A stretch of DNA of 39,185 nt, taken from positions 1 through 39,185 of IMG/VR virus record IMGVR_UViG_3300020045_012859, one strand, 5' to 3'. This DNA comes from a virus (lineage: Duplodnaviria > Caudoviricetes). The position numbers were made by a program, and so were the translations under genes. A model generated the notes under the pieces. That model searched no databases, was not told the DNA's origin, and saw nothing but the letters and a program-made list of their open reading frames with translations. How positions within the stretch are numbered: position 1 is the first letter of the stretch; each line of letters begins with the position of its first letter. This document shows positions 36,172 through 39,185 of this stretch, in pieces.

Positions 36172-37546
36172 AGTGTGAGCCTCTAGCTTTAGTTTTAGGT
36201 TTACCAATGATACTAACAACACAATAACCACCTCCGTCTGTAACGTGGTCAAAGCCGCTTGACTTATCAGGTTCACCTTTTTTAAATTGTATCTTCTCAA
36301 GTGCTTCAGTGTATTCTGGGCAAGTATTTGTATTGACTTTATATTTACCTTTTCTAAACGCTGTGTTAACTGTGTTGATTCTATCACGCACAAAGCCATT
36401 CTTCTTAGGCGCTTTTACAGTAAATCCAAAGCCTTTGATTATGTCATGGTCAGAAGCTCCAGAAGAGTGCCTATTTTGACCCGAAGCATCTGGGTAGACA
36501 ATTATCTTGTGTCCTGGATAACGAGACCCTATAAGCTGGCACATTGAGTATGTGTCATACACTTTAGTCATTTCGTCCACAGCTGCTAAGTCCTCCCCAT
36601 CTAACACGTGGATAACAGCAGCCATCTTACCGACGTTGAAGTCCATTCCAATATGTAGCGTGTCACTTGATTTAAGCTGTCTGTCTGTGTGGCAAGTAGC
36701 TTTGTTGAAGTCACTATACACTGAATCACCTAACTCACTAGGTATAAGACCAAGTACATGCACACAATAATAGTGGAAGTCATCAATAAGCAGCTTGTCA
36801 AACTCTTCAAATAGAACGGGGTTCAAGTTAGAATAGTTGTTAACAAAGTTTGTCTTTATGCTAATATAGCTTGAAGCCACTCTTTCATTCTTAAGCTGCG
36901 CCGTGTAGTAGGTCTTATTATTTGAATCTACTAAAGCAGTCACTTCTTCAAGTGTTCTGTTAGTAGACTGCTTCACAATGCCTATAAGCTGGTCACGCTC
37001 TACCTTAGTAAGGTCGTAGTCTTTCCATATCCAATGGCCTGCATAAGGTGGATTGAACGCTCTTATAATTCTAATTGATACACCTTGCTTTCTAAGTGAC
37101 AGTTTTAATTTTCTATAAGGGTCCTCGCTACACTCTTCACACTCATCAATGTAAATGTGAGTAGCTCCAGCAAGTGATTTCAAGTTAGCCGTCTGTGAGC
37201 CAGTTGACACCCTAAAACCTTTAGTAGTTATAGAAGCACCTGTTTTAAGGTTCCTAGCGTAGTTCTCACCACTCTTATTGTCGGACACTTCAATAACGCC
37301 TTCAAGACTGACACCGTGCATCTCCTCATATTCAGCGACTCTATCTTTTAAATCTTGCCACATTGATGAGTAGATAGTCGAATGCACTTCACGTATGAAG
37401 AAGCCTCTAAACGCATTGTTGTATAAAAGACCATGTAAGGCGTTCTGAGTTATTGAGTACGACCTGGCGCCTGCACGACCTCCATAGCAATCAGCTTGGT
37501 AGAAGTCCTCAAAATAAAGCGGCTGATATTCGTATAATACATTCAT
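36155..37546 (-). CDS. terL: Terminase large subunit
   Basis: Walker A variant GGRAGARS, Walker B HIYIDECEE, FNPP, RNase H-like IGMDFN, YPDASG and DHVTD. Confidence 0.9.
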   Translation of the reverse strand: MNVLYEYQPLYFEDFYQADCYGGRAGARSYSITQNALHGLLYNNAFRGFFIREVHSTIYSSMWQDLKDRVAEYEEMHGVSLEGVIEVSDNKSGENYARNLKTGASITTKGFRVSTGSQTANLKSLAGATHIYIDECEECSEDPYRKLKLSLRKQGVSIRIIRAFNPPYAGHWIWKDYDLTKVERDQLIGIVKQSTNRTLEEVTALVDSNNKTYYTAQLKNERVASSYISIKTNFVNNYSNLNPVLFEEFDKLLIDDFHYYCVHVLGLIPSELGDSVYSDFNKATCHTDRQLKSSDTLHIGMDFNVGKMAAVIHVLDGEDLAAVDEMTKVYDTYSMCQLIGSRYPGHKIIVYPDASGQNRHSSGASDHDIIKGFGFTVKAPKKNGFVRDRINTVNTAFRKGKYKVNTNTCPEYTEALEKIQFKKGEPDKSSGFDHVTDGGGYCVVSIIGKPKTKARGSHYEDRN

Positions 37547-37547
37547 A

Positions 37548-37997
37548 CTACTTCTGGTCTTTATTAGCATTTATGAAGTTCCATACAGGCGTCGCTGCTT
37601 CAATAGGCTTATCACCTGAAGTAACGTCAATCTTGTCGCCATATACTTTAGGTTTTAATTTAGCTAGCTGCCATTTATAAGTGTCTACTTTAAGTCGTCT
37701 GTGCGCAGTCATATCTTTAGTAACTACTTTATAGCCGTTGTGGTCGTAAGTAGTTTCTTCACCTAGTTCTGTATTTTCAGCTACTTCAAGCATTTTTTCA
37801 AACAGTAAATCTGCACGCATATCACACGCTCGCCCGTATTGCTTCTGCCACTCAGGGTTAGAATCAAGCCAAATAAAGAAATTGGACGCTGAGGGCATGC
37901 CTTTATCCTTCAAAATATTACGCACAGCTCTACCTTCAATTATCTCGTCTAGTATATCCTCGAAGATGGCTTGCTTTTCTTCTTCTGTGTAACTCAT
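37548..37997 (-). CDS. terS: Terminase small subunit (Sf6-like)
   Basis: IIEGRAVR.I....GMPS...F.WL...QY.RA, RLKVDT.KW.LAKL.PK.YGDK. Confidence 0.88.
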   Translation of the reverse strand: MSYTEEEKQAIFEDILDEIIEGRAVRNILKDKGMPSASNFFIWLDSNPEWQKQYGRACDMRADLLFEKMLEVAENTELGEETTYDHNGYKVVTKDMTAHRRLKVDTYKWQLAKLKPKVYGDKIDVTSGDKPIEAATPVWNFINANKDQK

Positions 37998-38017
37998 GTC
38001 TATAAAATTTTATAAGA

Positions 38018-38025
38018 CAAATCTA
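38018..38025 (-). promoter_or_regulatory. -7 promoter element upstream of terS
   Basis: TAGATTTG is a perfect TAnnTTTG, 20 bp before the ATG. Confidence 0.55.
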
Positions 38026-38037
38026 CTAAAAATAAAT

Positions 38038-38392
38038 GTAAACAAAGAGATTTTTTTATTGTTTACTCCTAACTCCTTGTATTTCAAGCATTTATGACTT
38101 TCCTGTAAACAAAGTAAACAATGATTGTTTACCTCATAATTCCTTGGTTACCAAGCTCTTAGACCTCAGTAGCGTACTCTGAAGCCAGGAAAGTAAACAA
38201 TAACTCTTGAAACTTATATAATGATATATTATTAAAAATCTATATAAATAATATACCCATTTTCTAATATATTTAATATTCAAATGTTTTGATATTTTAT
38301 TGTTTACTTTGTTTACCCATAGCTCTAAGCCTTAGTACCATTGAGAATACTAGGTAAACAATACATTGTTTACTTTGTTTACCTTTGTTTAC
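38038..38392. repeat. GTAAACA/TGTTTAC iteron array B (putative origin or packaging site)
   Basis: 12 exact heptamers (38038, 38060, 38105, 38114, 38126, 38193, 38301, 38310, 38354, 38367, 38376, 38386) around a very AT-rich core at about 38210-38300. Confidence 0.78.
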
Positions 38393-38394
38393 AA

Positions 38395-38556
38395 TTATAG
38401 TCCTTTTAGCTTTTTTAGCATATCACCGCTGAAGCCTGCTGGAACAACTCTCACAGGTTTTTGTGCAGTAATTTCCAAAGCTTTCGCTTTTTGAAGGGTA
38501 ACAGCGGCCGCCTTTTTAAGACTTGCTGCGCTGTTTAATCTTGGTTTACTTTTCAT
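38395..38556 (-). CDS. 53-aa basic protein
   Basis: Not in the ORF track. MKSKPRLNSAASLKKAAAVTLQKAKALEIT...KKLKGL*, overlapping the upstream stop. Confidence 0.55.
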   Translation of the reverse strand: MKSKPRLNSAASLKKAAAVTLQKAKALEITAQKPVRVVPAGFSGDMLKKLKGL

Positions 38557-38749
38557 AGTCTTTTAGTTTTTCAAATATTTCGTTAGGCGTTTCAGTAGAA
38601 TAAAGTTTTTGTGTAGAATTATCTTCTGTGACTACTACTGAGCTTTTATGGTCGCCAGAATTATAAGGATTTACTCTTAAAATAGTATTGACATTTATCA
38701 CGTGTATTCCTTGGTTTATACACGATACTTTTATGAATAGTTTTTGCAT
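38546..38749 (-). CDS. Hypothetical protein
   Basis: 67 aa; INVNTILRV...ETPNEIFEKL resembles small FlbD-like beta proteins. Confidence 0.55.
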   Translation of the reverse strand: MQKLFIKVSCINQGIHVINVNTILRVNPYNSGDHKSSVVVTEDNSTQKLYSTETPNEIFEKLKDYEK

Positions 38750-38752
38750 ATC

Positions 38753-39046
38753 TTACAATTTTTTGTTTACAAATTTACCAAAGTCTTCCATTCCAAATTC
38801 AATAGGACTACTTATTTTAAAAAATATCTGTCCTTCGTGATACACTATAAAAGCGGGTGTATCTGTTATTCTCAAAGCTTGCGCAAGTTCTATATTATCC
38901 TCAATATAAACTTTATAAGTTGAGTACCCTTTAGCTTCTAATTCAGTTAAAAAGCCATAACCTTCTGGGCCAGCTGTCAATCTAGTAAGAAATATAAATA
39001 CAACTTTAGGCTGCGCAATCAATTGTCCAAATTTTGTCTTTGCCAT
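38753..39046 (-). CDS. Thioredoxin-like fold protein lacking CxxC
   Basis: KVYIEDNIELAQALRITDTPAFIVYHEGQ matches the thioredoxin C-half with its cis-Pro. The protein has no Cys. Confidence 0.5.
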   Translation of the reverse strand: MAKTKFGQLIAQPKVVFIFLTRLTAGPEGYGFLTELEAKGYSTYKVYIEDNIELAQALRITDTPAFIVYHEGQIFFKISSPIEFGMEDFGKFVNKKL

Positions 39047-39048
39047 AA

Positions 39049-39185
39049 TTAAAAATGATTAGGTTTTTCTGCTACTGCTTTCATAGCGCGTATAGCTTCA
39101 AATAAGAATTTTTCACGGTCCTCGTTTGTAAAGTCTTTATTGTAACATGTGTGCATGTCTGGAACCAATTTAAGAAGCTCTGGGA
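39049..39185 (-). CDS. C-terminal part of a gene cut by the right edge
   Basis: Open frame ...PELLKLVPDMHTCYNKDFTNEDREKFLFEAIRAMKAVAEKPNHF* ends 2 bp before the next ATG. Confidence 0.5.
   Translation of the reverse strand, partial: PELLKLVPDMHTCYNKDFTNEDREKFLFEAIRAMKAVAEKPNHF

Noticed and set aside
75-37680. Plus-strand ORFs in the track (e.g. 4072-4395, 12754-13113, 26404-26775, 30031-30300)
   Set aside because: Nearly all are antisense shadows of well-supported minus-strand genes, rich in Ser/Phe/Leu and without motifs. 13677-13877 also overlaps the SSB gene.
1-39185. Joining the two window ends keeps the truncated ORFs in frame (...LTQE-I-PELL...), hinting at a complete circular genome
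   Set aside because: In-frame joining has a 1-in-3 chance, no terminal repeat is seen, the halves look like different proteins, and the junction would create a GATC, which this genome avoids.
1-39185. Stop-codon reassignment
   Set aside because: Long genes are intact under code 11, and TAG and TGA both end genes at normal junctions.

Overview
Almost the whole genome of an AT-rich tailed dsDNA phage (siphovirus-like), with every credible gene on the minus strand. Repeated TAnnTTTG-type -7 promoter elements point to a Bacteroidota (Flavobacteriia-like) host. Read in the direction of transcription (right to left): small genes; an iteron array (38.0-38.4 kb); terminase small and large subunits; neck, tail and tape-measure genes; ClpP-type protease; major capsid; tail tube; portal; a second tail-tube paralogue; tail fibre; lysis cassette; a second homologous iteron array (17.0-17.3 kb); an early/replication module (HTH, DUF2800 nuclease, DUF2815 SSB, PolA, VirE primase-helicase, VRR-NUC, SNF2 helicase); nucleotide metabolism genes (dCMP deaminase, P-loop/DUF6378-like fusion, atypical thymidylate synthase, DEDDh exonuclease); small accessory genes. 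No integrase, CRISPR array or canonical tRNA is visible. Most notable: two homologous GTAAACA iteron loci 21 kb apart (possible P4-like bipartite origin); a ThyA homologue carrying Asp at the dUMP/dCMP specificity position; a 225-nt structured intergenic RNA ending in a tRNA-like acceptor/T-arm domain; near-total GATC avoidance outside a 2-kb island; RMF-like mini-domains; and two single-base frameshifts. All calls come from reading motifs by eye; no searches were run.
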